Shown here piece after piece: positions 35,527 through 45,163 of a stretch of 64,000 nucleotides of DNA. The position numbers and the translations under genes are program-made. The stretch is from the NCBI GenBank assembly GCA_913063285.1, contig CAJXXZ010000003.1:2317-66316 (forward strand). The letters are read 5' to 3'. Position 1 is the first letter of the stretch. The number at the start of each line of letters is the position of its first letter. Source of the DNA: an uncultured bacterium (GTDB lineage: Bacteria > Pseudomonadota > Alphaproteobacteria > CAJXXZ01 > 1604HC). The notes beneath the pieces were generated by a model. It did not search any database and had not been told where the DNA came from. It worked only from the letters and a program-made list of their open reading frames with translations.

Positions 35527-38211
35527 ATGTCAATACATAAAATCATATTTTGTATAATCTTTATCTCTTATGCTGATGAAGGTTTAAATAGCAGTCCTTA
35601 TGCTCAATTCTATAAAAATCAAGAATTAGGTGCCATAGACAGTTTTTTGATAAATGCTGCAGATCAAAAAGAACTGGGAGGTATTGCTAAATCTGGTGAC
35701 ACTGATGTTCGTGTATTAATGAGGCTTAAAGAGAATGAAAAAAAGGCTCTTTCTAAGTCACTACCAATATCATTAGAACAGTTAAAAGATATTGATACGA
35801 TGGCACTCACCTTAAGCCGTGAAAAAGCAGGTCGATTTGCTAAATTTGATGAAGAAGGTAAAATTATGCATCTAAACAATCTTATGCCTTATCTTCTTAA
35901 TGAAGATAGTGAGTTAGCACAATCTATTTCAGTTAAAGATTCAGAAGAGTCAAGAGAGGATAGATTAATAAATGCAGCCTTAACTAATCAGCATCTTTTG
36001 GAAGAAAACCTTAGCAAATATATCAAAGAAATTTCTGGTATGAGCATGGATAGTTATTCAGGACAGGGTGTATGGATTTCTGACACAAGTAAATTAGATA
36101 CAGTATTAAAAGAAGTAATGCCAAAAGAAAAAGATGTTCAGAAAATGAAAGAAGTGATAAAAAATAAGAATTTGAATGTTAATCAAACTCCATTATTTGC
36201 AAATACTGTACAAAGCATATTACAAATAAATCCTGATGTAGATGTAGATACTTTATTAGATTTTCTGGCAGAAAATGTAGATACTTTATTGACAGATAAT
36301 ATTTCTAGAGAGAGATTATATCACGATTTACTTTCACAAGCTGAAATATCAAGCTCAGAAAATATAAAGTATACTTTTGCTACAGCGCTTATTCTAGAAG
36401 TTATAAAAACAGATAGAGAAGAAGATCAATATTTGAGATCAATTTTTAATCAAATTAACAATCCTCATCCTGATGATCTTGAATTCTTGAGATTCTTTGT
36501 AGATTGCTATGCATCAGTATATAAGCCTCAAGATAATGTATTATTATCAGCGCTTAAGATTATTGCTTCTAGTCATAATGTTGAAGAAGTAGCATTAAGT
36601 GATGCAATCAAAGATTTTATAAAAAATAAAGATAGATTCAATTACGAAGAAATGATGGGATTGGCAAAAAATTTCAAAATTCTCTTAGAAGTGGATGGTA
36701 TTACAGAAGATCTTTTATTAAATGACATTGAAGACTCTATCGATCTATTTAAAGAATATGAAGGTAAAATATCAGCATATACTAATATGATTCCTGTATT
36801 AAGATCATTAGAAGGAAAACAAGATATTATTGATAGTATTACCTTTAATATTCAAGAAATTGTTCAAAAAGCTGTAGAGGATACACAAGATCATAGATGT
36901 ATACAATTATTTGATGTAATTACTTCAGGTAAATATAATTATGCAGAATCGTCACAATATATAAAGGAGATTAATCTCATTAATGATCTATTGAGTGATG
37001 AAATGTTAAAAGGATTCAATTATCTTATAAGTTTTTATGATAATAAACAAGTAGATGAATCACATGCTGCGCCTCAAGCAAACGGATGGTTTCAAAGATT
37101 TGACATGTCTAGTATAAGATCTATTTTCAGTAGGAGAGCTCCTGTAGCAGAAGAATTTGTAGGAGCAGAAGTAGAAGCAGATCAAGGAGAAGCACCTGCA
37201 GGAGTAGGAGACCTAGATGATGTTCCCGATAAATCTCAAACAAAAGGAAGATTACAAGAATGGAGTAGATGGTTGTTCGGAGATAGATTGTCTAGAGAAT
37301 CATCAGATCAAGTAGCAGATGCATCTGTAGGAGAAGGAGTAGATAAAGATGACAGTAAATCAGATTCAAAGGCTCAAGCAAAAAAATCAAATTTTAGATT
37401 ACCTATTAAAAAAATTGGTGGTATTATGGGTGGTGCTCTTGGTACCTATCTCGCTTATGAAGCCTATCCTAATGATATAACTTCGACTACACCTGGTACA
37501 CTTCATAATAAGACTAAACCAGAAGCTAGCGGATTTCCACTTGATTCATCATCTTTTGGTCAACAAAGAGCTCAAGGTATAAACGCAAATGGCATATCTC
37601 AACCTTTAACACCACAAGAAGTTATAGAAGAATCAGCTAGAGCATTAGAAGTACTACAAAGACGAGGTTTAGTTGATTTTTCTACTGAAACTAAAACAGC
37701 AGATTTTACACCAGCTTTAACACCAGAAAAAATACTAGAAGTATTAAAAAGAGTTGTGCCAGAAGAAGGTATAGATACTACTCCTATAAAAGGAAATTCC
37801 ACTAATGGAACTAAAACAGCAGGTAACATATATGGATTAATACCATCTGGTTTAAGCCCAGAAGAACAAGAAGCAGCAACCAAAAAACTAAATGACCCAG
37901 TCATTCAAGCAGTAATAGATCAAGAAGCAGCTAGAGCAGCAAGTCTACAAAGTTTTACACCAGCAGATAAAAAGTATGAATTAACACCATATGGTTTTAC
38001 ACCAGCAGAACACAGAGCAATAGCAAAAAGACAAAAAGAAGAATATACAGATAAAGACGTGGAACTACAAAGAGTAGAAGCTATAACTGCAGAAGCAGAA
38101 GATAGAACAGAAAAAGCTATGGAGACAGCAGAAGATAGAGCAGCAAAAGACAAAGCCATAGTAGAAAAATCTATAGCTGCATCAGCTAGATTGCAGCAGT
38201 TAGAGCATTAG
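35527..38211 (+). CDS. secreted paralog-family member G: N-domain, helical region, acidic linker, Gly-zipper hydrophobic segment, C-terminal (F/L)TP-repeat and Ala/Glu-rich region
   Basis: Signal peptide MSIHKIIFCIIFISYA. N-domain blocks: LGGIAKSG..VRVLMRLKENEKKALSKSL..FAKFDEEGKIMH..LSKYIKEISG. Hydrophobic segment IGGIMGGALGTYLAYEAY (about 37425-37475). Repeats: LTPQEVIEE, FTPALTPEKILE, LSPEEQEAA, FTPADKKYELTPYGFTPAEHRA. Confidence 0.85.
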   Translation: MSIHKIIFCIIFISYADEGLNSSPYAQFYKNQELGAIDSFLINAADQKELGGIAKSGDTDVRVLMRLKENEKKALSKSLPISLEQLKDIDTMALTLSREKAGRFAKFDEEGKIMHLNNLMPYLLNEDSELAQSISVKDSEESREDRLINAALTNQHLLEENLSKYIKEISGMSMDSYSGQGVWISDTSKLDTVLKEVMPKEKDVQKMKEVIKNKNLNVNQTPLFANTVQSILQINPDVDVDTLLDFLAENVDTLLTDNISRERLYHDLLSQAEISSSENIKYTFATALILEVIKTDREEDQYLRSIFNQINNPHPDDLEFLRFFVDCYASVYKPQDNVLLSALKIIASSHNVEEVALSDAIKDFIKNKDRFNYEEMMGLAKNFKILLEVDGITEDLLLNDIEDSIDLFKEYEGKISAYTNMIPVLRSLEGKQDIIDSITFNIQEIVQKAVEDTQDHRCIQLFDVITSGKYNYAESSQYIKEINLINDLLSDEMLKGFNYLISFYDNKQVDESHAAPQANGWFQRFDMSSIRSIFSRRAPVAEEFVGAEVEADQGEAPAGVGDLDDVPDKSQTKGRLQEWSRWLFGDRLSRESSDQVADASVGEGVDKDDSKSDSKAQAKKSNFRLPIKKIGGIMGGALGTYLAYEAYPNDITSTTPGTLHNKTKPEASGFPLDSSSFGQQRAQGINANGISQPLTPQEVIEESARALEVLQRRGLVDFSTETKTADFTPALTPEKILEVLKRVVPEEGIDTTPIKGNSTNGTKTAGNIYGLIPSGLSPEEQEAATKKLNDPVIQAVIDQEAARAASLQSFTPADKKYELTPYGFTPAEHRAIAKRQKEEYTDKDVELQRVEAITAEAEDRTEKAMETAEDRAAKDKAIVEKSIAASARLQQLEH

Positions 38212-38273
38212 TAGAAGAAGCTAGAGCAGCAGTAGAAGAAGCTAGAGCAGCAGTAGAAGAAGCTAGAGAGGAA
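38211..38273 (+). repeat. 21-bp tandem repeat x3 (gtagaagaagctagagcagca) starting at the last base of member G's stop codon
   Basis: It reads VEEARAA VEEARAA VEEAREE in the frame shifted +2 from member G, suggesting former coding sequence now out of frame. Confidence 0.85.
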
Positions 38274-39949
38274 GAAGTCTAAAGCTGAAGCAGATTTTAT
38301 AATATAAATTATCCAGTTATTATGCCTAGGCAGGCATTACTCAAGCCTTAACCAAAGAAGATTTAGCATTATTTGGTACAGGTGCATTGCTACAATTACC
38401 TGAAGAAGAATAAAGAGTAGCAGCAGAAGCAGAAAGACTAGCTAGAATTAGACGCATTTTTAAAAGATAATGACCAGAAGAAGCTTGCACTTAAGTTCTA
38501 TAAGAAGGTTAATCTTATAAATAAAAAGTAATAGCTACCCTGATATATATTAATAGATGTATTCCAATGAGAGATAAATAATTATATATTAACTTTCTTG
38601 AATAGTTGCAATAGATAGATTATAAAAATAATTTTTATTAGCTTATAATAAAAAAGAGAAAACATAGATGAAATCACTTAAATATTAGCTAATTAAATAG
38701 CGTATAATATAAATACTAACTTAAACTTCTTTAAAGTTATTTAAGCTTCTAAAATTATAACAGAGTTAAAGATTATATAGAGAATTCATTTTTTAAGAAT
38801 ATGATTCAATAGGATATTCAGATCAAATTAATGATAAAACTCAAAGAATAATAAATGAATTGAATACTAATTATAGAATCAAGATTAGCTTTATATATAA
38901 AAAATATTTATTATAATATATCAGTTTTTCTTATATAAAAAACTATTTAATTCATTTTTAATGTAGATATTAAAACTTGTATATTTTGACTTATCATCAA
39001 TCTAATACTTCTAATAGTTAAATATTATAAGTTCTTAAATATGAAATATATCATATAAAATAAACATATCATTTTCAAGCATAATATATTAATTTGAATA
39101 AATTTATTTTTTATACTTGCATTACAAATATACAAATAAATAAATTCATTTTAAAATATATATTATATGTTTTTTATATAGTAGTATTCAAAATACTACT
39201 TTATATCAATTTAATATCAAATACTTATATTCCTTCAGTTATATCATATGAGTCAAAGATATTATCTAATTCAATATCAAATTTTACTAAAAGATATATG
39301 AGATATGTTAGATTTTACTCATATAAATAATTCTGATCAGAATGTGCATATTTTTAATTATTGATGAAGATAGTAAATACCAAATTTATAAAGTCATTTT
39401 GAATCAAACTTGAGACTCTTATGATAATAATTCTAATATAGAATATGTTAAATGGTATGATAAATTGTCTGCTAATATTTTAACGTGATAAATGAAATTT
39501 ACATAGCTGATTAAAACTATCATTTAAAACTCAAACTTTTTATTAATAATAATGCATACTTTGATTATGCTTCTATATTTTTATAATCTTACGAATCTTT
39601 AACATTATGAAAAACTTGAAACAAAGCTTCTGAAGCGCATTATAGGTAGTAATATAAAGTTTTTTGAATAGATGACTAAAATAGTGGCTAAAACTTAAAT
39701 AAATATTTTAAAACTCATTTGATTTTTTGCTTAATTAATCTTGTTTTGATATTTGATTAGCTGTAAATCATATTATCTTTAATAAACTTATAACTAATAA
39801 TAATTTTTGAAATCAAGATTTATTCATCAATATATATTTTGTTTATTTTATATTTATAGTTCACTTGAATATTTTAATGTATCAAAATAAACTGCATAAA
39901 ATATATAAAATTCTACTTTTATTACTTATTGTAATATGATTATTTAGCA

Positions 39950-40900
39950 GTGTTTGCTTCTTTTTTCTTAGCTATTAACCCGACGGTAGCGTTTTGGGTA
40001 AAATTAAATGCTAAGCTTACTTCCTGTCATGCTTTAATTATTAAAGTAGTTCCAGCTAATGATGCTTGCTTTATCTGAGTTTCAGCTTTCTTAACGCCTG
40101 TTTCAAATGACTCACTTTTTCCTTATAGAATTTATTTCTTGTCCATTAGCATAAGCAGTAGCACTAATATCAGAAATAGCTAGTGGTGCATGTAATAATA
40201 ATTCAGTTCAGCTCTAACAGCAGTTGCTTAATGTTCAACTCCAACAGCAGTTGCTTAATGTCCAGCTCCAGCTGTTATTCCATACTTACCTAATTCACCT
40301 CTCAGTAGATCTAAACATGGAATAACATATGAGGTAGCTTTCATAGTCATTACTTCTTGATTTTCTAATACATTCTTCTTCTTTTTACTTTTTAGTATAG
40401 ATTCTGTTTCTTAAGCTATTTCAATCATAATTTTTTATTCTTTATTCATGGTGTATATGTAGTAAAAGCTTCACAGTGTACAGCTGATTCAAATTCTTGC
40501 TTTACTTCTTTTATCAAACTTACTTCTTCTCCTCTATTTTTTATACCTTAATGTGCTGTATATGTAGTCTTCCTAAAAACTCCATTGATAGCTGCTTCTG
40601 GATGAGCTGTACTTGCATTTCAAGCTAATTTACTAGATGCTGACTTAAAAGTGAACTTTTCTAGTGCAGCTACTTCTAGTGCTACTACAGCTACAGCTGT
40701 CTTGCTTATTTCTATTTGTTGATATTATATCAGACTTACCTTGTAACTGTGATGTCGTTGTAGATTGATACTTCTGTGATGTTATTTCAGTTTTGGTAGT
40801 ATTTTGAACATCAGTTTGAGTTCTACGTAGACTGCCTTGACTTTTTGTACTACTTAGGTATGATCCGGCTCCATCTTCAAAAAATTGTTATGAAGAATGC
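39950..40900 (-). pseudogene. decayed protein-coding remnant of unknown family (many stops and frameshifts on the minus strand)
   Basis: G+C is visibly higher than in the flanks. Minus-strand translation gives protein-like stretches broken by stops, for example AVAVVALEVAALEKFTFKSASSKLA*NASTAHPEAAINGVFRKTTYTAH*, MTMKATSYVIPCLDLLRGELGKYGITAGAGH*ATAVGVEH*ATAV and GKSESFETGVKKAETQIKQASLAGTTLIIKA*QEVSLAFNFTQNATVGLIAKKKEANTAK*. It contains an internal 27-bp tandem duplication (aacagcagttgcttaatgt x2 at about 40216-40262). Confidence 0.4.
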
Positions 40901-41012
40901 AAACAATATTGTTTTTTATCAATTTTCCTATACTTGATATATTTTTTATTTATGATTTATTGACAAAATACTTATTTTTACTACTCTAAAATTATGATTA
41001 AGAAAGCAAAAT

Positions 41013-41861
41013 ATGCATATTTCAGTTATGAGTAATGAAGTTATGTCGATTTTTAAGCCAAAAAAGGGTGAGGTATTTATAGATGCAACATTTGGACGTG
41101 GTGGACATACAAAATTAATGCTAAATGCTCAAGCAAATGTAATGGCAGTTGATCGTGATATAGATGCTGTGCAATATGCATACGACACTATATTCAGTAA
41201 TCAGTTTATAATACGACATTGTTTATTTAGTGAATTATATGATGTATGGAAATCAGTTGCAGCACAAAATAGTCAATATAGTAAAGTTACAGGAGTATTA
41301 TTTGATGTTGGATTATCTTCAAATCAAATTAGTGATGCATCAAGAGGATTTTCCTTTATGAAGGATGGCCCTCTTGATATGCGTATGGGATGTAATGAGA
41401 GATCAGCTTTGCATATAATACAGAATTACTCAAAGTTAGAATTAGCAAATTTAATTTATAGATATGGAGAAGAGGGCAGGTCAAGATTAATTGCAAATTT
41501 AATTGTGAATAATAGATTTAATTTGAAAACTACTAAAAATTTGGCAGATCTATTAGCAAAAAATTTACCCAGTGGAAAAATTCATGCTGCTACAAAAGTA
41601 TTTCAAGCATTGAGAATTGCAGTAAATAATGAATTAGGTGAGCTGGAAAACGGGCTAATAAATGCATGTAGAATTTTACAGCGTGGCGGATTGCTAGTTG
41701 TAATTACATTTCATTCTCTTGAAGATAGAATAGTAAAACAATTTTTTAAAAGACATTCGCTTGCTTATACAAAGAAATTACCGATTTCTCCATCAAAACA
41801 AGAAATTTTACAAAATCGAAGAGCTCGCAGCGCAAAACTTCGTTGGGCAATAGTTACGTAA
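41013..41861 (+). CDS. rsmH: 16S rRNA (cytosine1402-N4)-methyltransferase RsmH (MraW)
   Basis: HISVMSNEVMSIF, FIDATFGRGGHT, DRD, FDVGLSSNQISDASRGFSFMKDGPLDMRM and FHSLEDRIVKQFF are all canonical RsmH motifs. Confidence 0.9.
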   Translation: MHISVMSNEVMSIFKPKKGEVFIDATFGRGGHTKLMLNAQANVMAVDRDIDAVQYAYDTIFSNQFIIRHCLFSELYDVWKSVAAQNSQYSKVTGVLFDVGLSSNQISDASRGFSFMKDGPLDMRMGCNERSALHIIQNYSKLELANLIYRYGEEGRSRLIANLIVNNRFNLKTTKNLADLLAKNLPSGKIHAATKVFQALRIAVNNELGELENGLINACRILQRGGLLVVITFHSLEDRIVKQFFKRHSLAYTKKLPISPSKQEILQNRRARSAKLRWAIVT

Positions 41862-42763
41862 GGTATGTGAGTTGTAGTAAATTTACATACAAATGATGAA
41901 TTGAATAAAGTTGACATAAATTTTAATAAAGTATTAAAATCATAAAGTTTTGCTTGCAAAATAAGGTGTAATAAATTAAGTAACAGTGTGTTTCAAGTAA
42001 AATTAAATTTTTTTAACATTATTTTTATAAAATGTAAAATTATTAATGATAATACAAGTATCAACAATCAAATTAGTAAGTATTCTTTTGAAGAATTTTT
42101 GATTTACTATATGATTCTAATACATATCAATTATTTAAAATATTATGTTGAATCTTTTCAAGAATTGTTTTTATTTATGATAAAGCTTCAAAATTTTACT
42201 ATATTTCATCAAATTTATTTAGTAGTGATTTTTTTGATTTACAGATAATATATAAGTGATATTTTAAATAAAGATGTTAGTTTCATTACTAAAAAACACA
42301 TAAATATAAATGAAAGCTTCTTGTCAATGAAAAATTCTTATATTGAAATTGACTTTAACTAAAAATTAATTTATCTTTTGCCACAAATTATTATGAGTTT
42401 AATATATATTTATTGGTTATAAGAATTTACTTTCTAATTTATATTATTTTTTGTTTAATTATGCTCATATCAATAATATAAATTATATTTTATTTATATC
42501 GTAAATAACTTTTATAAAATTATCTACAGAAAAAAATAATATACATAGTTAAATCTATAAAACTATACCTTATCATACATATTTGTCATTAATTAATTTA
42601 ATATTGATGATGCATGAAAACTAAAATAGTGTAGGCAAGTTATAATATTATTATATATGTAATTTATTAATAATTGATCAATTTTATTGATAGTATTTTT
42701 TAGCATAAATTAGCAAGAAAAAACTCTAGACAAGTAATATATTATATAGTAGATTGTGTTGAA

Positions 42764-42836
42764 GCTTGGATAGCTCAGTTGGTAGAGCAATAGACTGAAG
42801 ATCTATGTGTCGCTGGTTCGATTCCTGCTCCAAGCA
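42764..42836 (+). tRNA. tRNA-Phe (anticodon GAA)
   Basis: Acceptor GCTTGGA/TCCAAGC, D arm GCTC-AGTTGGTA-GAGC, anticodon stem ATAGA/TCTAT with loop CTGAAGA, T arm GCTGG-TTCGATT-CCTGC (one U-U mismatch), discriminator A. Confidence 0.85.
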
Positions 42837-42850
42837 TTTATAGGAGTAAA

Positions 42851-43003
42851 GTGGCTAAAAAAAAGGAAAAAAGTTTAGTTTTGCTTGTAGGCGAAGGATA
42901 CAGATCAGTTCGTAAACCTTCTAAAGGCAAACCTCTAATTTTACGTAAATATAGTCCAAAACTACGAAAGCATGTTGAATGTAAAGAACGTAAATTTAGC
43001 TAA
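42851..43003 (+). CDS. rpmG: 50S ribosomal protein L33
   Basis: Below the 60-aa cutoff of the ORF track. GTG start with TAGGAG 4 nt upstream. The translation MAKKKEKSLVLLVGEGYRSVRKPSKGKPLILRKYSPKLRKHVECKERKFS matches the L33 C-terminal signature (kLeL.KY.P..rKHv..kE.K). Confidence 0.8.
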   Translation: MAKKKEKSLVLLVGEGYRSVRKPSKGKPLILRKYSPKLRKHVECKERKFS

Positions 43004-43861
43004 TAAATTTGAATAATAAGTTTTATTAAATTATAAGAGTTTCATACTAATTCAAAAACTAATATATATTATATTGCATCTTGAAATAAATTTCATCTAA
43101 AAACAAATTTAAACTATTAAAAATAATTCATTTTATGCAAAAGATATATCAGAAAGAGCTGAGGAACGCCATATAATTTTGAAGTTTACTCAATGCTAAA
43201 AGCTAAATTTTATGTTTAATAAAGCAAGGCTCAATACTAATAATACAAAGCAATTTTGAGACTTTATTTAAATTAAATACATCGTATAAATTAGTAGCTT
43301 ACTCTTTGCACAAAATTATATAAAACATATATCAGAATTAACTATTGCATATGATATTATTTTACAAGTTAATCAATACCAAAAGTTAAGTTTAGTATTT
43401 TTACAAAGCAAAGAGCACTATCAATAGTACAAAAGCAATTTTCAGATTTTAAATTAAATGTACCACATAAATTAGTAGCTTATTTCTTGAAAAAATTCAC
43501 CAAAGAATGTAAAAATGTAGTTATTTCTCAAAAAATACATAATAAATGACTATTACAAAATTCCAGTAAATTTTAGATATTTGAGTATGATTATTAGCTT
43601 AATTTGTAAAATTTGTAAAAAGTGAAATAAGTAAAAATCTTAAATAATACTTATAACATTTCCTTTTCATTCTGTTTAAAAAATTTCATTTAATTCTTAA
43701 AGCTTTGAATTTTTAATTTTGTGAGCTTTATTATGAATAAATATTGATATGATAGTTTTCACATGTATTAAAACTGTAAATCATATGGAGTATTAGTGAA
43801 ATTTTAAATATTTCAGTATGAGAAATATTGTAAACTGCAATAAGTAGTGCAATAATAAAGT

Positions 43862-45052
43862 GTGTGGCCATTTTTCATAGTAACTTCGGGCATGGTTTTG
43901 GCAAAAATATGGTCTGAAAGTGTATATGTAGCAGCTGCTTATATAGCATCAACAAAATTCATCTCAATGCATTTAGCAAATCAAGTTGTTGGTTTTCATG
44001 TAGTCGGATTTGTAGTTGGAGGAATTTTGGGAGGAATGTTAGTAGACTTTTTTGGTGCAAAGCGTATTTTTATATCAAGCTCTATTACTATAGCCTTTAC
44101 TTTAATCAGCTTAATAATTACCTCATCATTATATCTTTTAAAGATACTGTTCTTTATTCGCGCATTTTGTATTGCACTGACATACAATAGTTCTTATGGA
44201 TTATTACTAAATTTTTATCATAATAATAATTTTGGTGCTGTCATGTCTAGATTTTATTCAGTTTTATTTTTTGTCTCATCATTTACTCCAGTCGTCATTG
44301 CCAGAATTATTGAGCATCATTCTGAAATGATGGCATATTTGTTTATAATTGCCAGTATATTATTAGTATATGTATCAATAGCATTATATCATATTCACGA
44401 TTCTCATGTACAAGCTATTGACTCCTTTAATCTTTATGGAACAAAATTTCGACTTTTATTATCAAATCAAGAATTTATGACAATGTGTATTGTATCTATG
44501 ATTGGAATGGGTGGTTTTTACGGATTTATGCCAATTTTCTCTATGTATATAGAAAAATATTCAGGATCTGTATCTTTAGGCGTAATTCAATCGATTGGTA
44601 ATGTTTGTACGGTTAGTGCTTCGATAATATTTGCATCTCTTAAAATTACACAAATCAATATGTTAAGAAAAAGCATACTAATTGGAATGATTATGATTAT
44701 TTGCGCTTCAACTTACATCTCTATAATGGTTACTTCTTTAGTTCCTTATGCAATTCCCGGATTTTTAGTATTTTGTATAGCAAAAGGATTTACTCATCCT
44801 GCTTGTAAAACAATAGCGCTTTCTCAAGCTAGACAAATTAGTAAAGATAATAATATTGCTTTATCAGGTATGGCACAATCTTTAGTCACAACCTTTAACA
44901 GTTTATTAGAAATGGTAGCAAGTATATTATTATTTTATGATTTATTTGATTTATTTACTAGTGCCATAATTTTTACATTAACAATAATACTTCTTGCTAT
45001 ATATATTATGTTAAATCTATTTGAAATTATAAATCAAAGTGAAGCTATATGA
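43862..45052 (+). CDS. MFS-type transporter (about 12 TM)
   Basis: 396 aa, hydrophobic throughout. An MFS motif-A-like loop (GGMLVDFFGAKRIF) follows TM2, and the two halves of 6 TM each are separated by a central loop. GTG start. Confidence 0.7.
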   Translation: MWPFFIVTSGMVLAKIWSESVYVAAAYIASTKFISMHLANQVVGFHVVGFVVGGILGGMLVDFFGAKRIFISSSITIAFTLISLIITSSLYLLKILFFIRAFCIALTYNSSYGLLLNFYHNNNFGAVMSRFYSVLFFVSSFTPVVIARIIEHHSEMMAYLFIIASILLVYVSIALYHIHDSHVQAIDSFNLYGTKFRLLLSNQEFMTMCIVSMIGMGGFYGFMPIFSMYIEKYSGSVSLGVIQSIGNVCTVSASIIFASLKITQINMLRKSILIGMIMIICASTYISIMVTSLVPYAIPGFLVFCIAKGFTHPACKTIALSQARQISKDNNIALSGMAQSLVTTFNSLLEMVASILLFYDLFDLFTSAIIFTLTIILLAIYIMLNLFEIINQSEAI

Positions 45053-45163
45053 TAAAACTCATAATATACATAAGTTTAGTTTGTAGTTGGACTTTATTTT
45101 ATAAAACTTTTACTATTTTTCTAAAATCCTTGCTTTTTAACATTCATATGATAATAGGAAGTT

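Noticed and set aside
35664-38159. Antisense ORFs 35664..35879, 37599..37904 and 37920..38159 in member G
   Set aside because: They are antisense to a long ORF with family features, and their Ser/Ala-rich translations reflect the repeat composition.
39094-39330. 78-aa ORF (TTG start) in an extremely AT-rich spacer
   Set aside because: Its translation is almost only I/F/Y/K/N/L, it has no start context, and its composition is indistinguishable from the spacer.
40960-40992. TTGACA at 40960-40965 as a possible rsmH promoter
   Set aside because: The candidate -10 hexamers lie at unfavourable spacings (TACTCT at 16 nt, TAAAAT at 21 nt). In DNA this AT-rich, that is not enough to call.
41765-42248. 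ORFs 41765..41959 (-) and 41988..42248 (+) after rsmH
   Set aside because: The first overlaps the rsmH 3' end antisense. The second is an AT-rich chance ORF with an alternative start. I looked for ftsL-like features (a short TM protein) downstream of rsmH and found none convincing.
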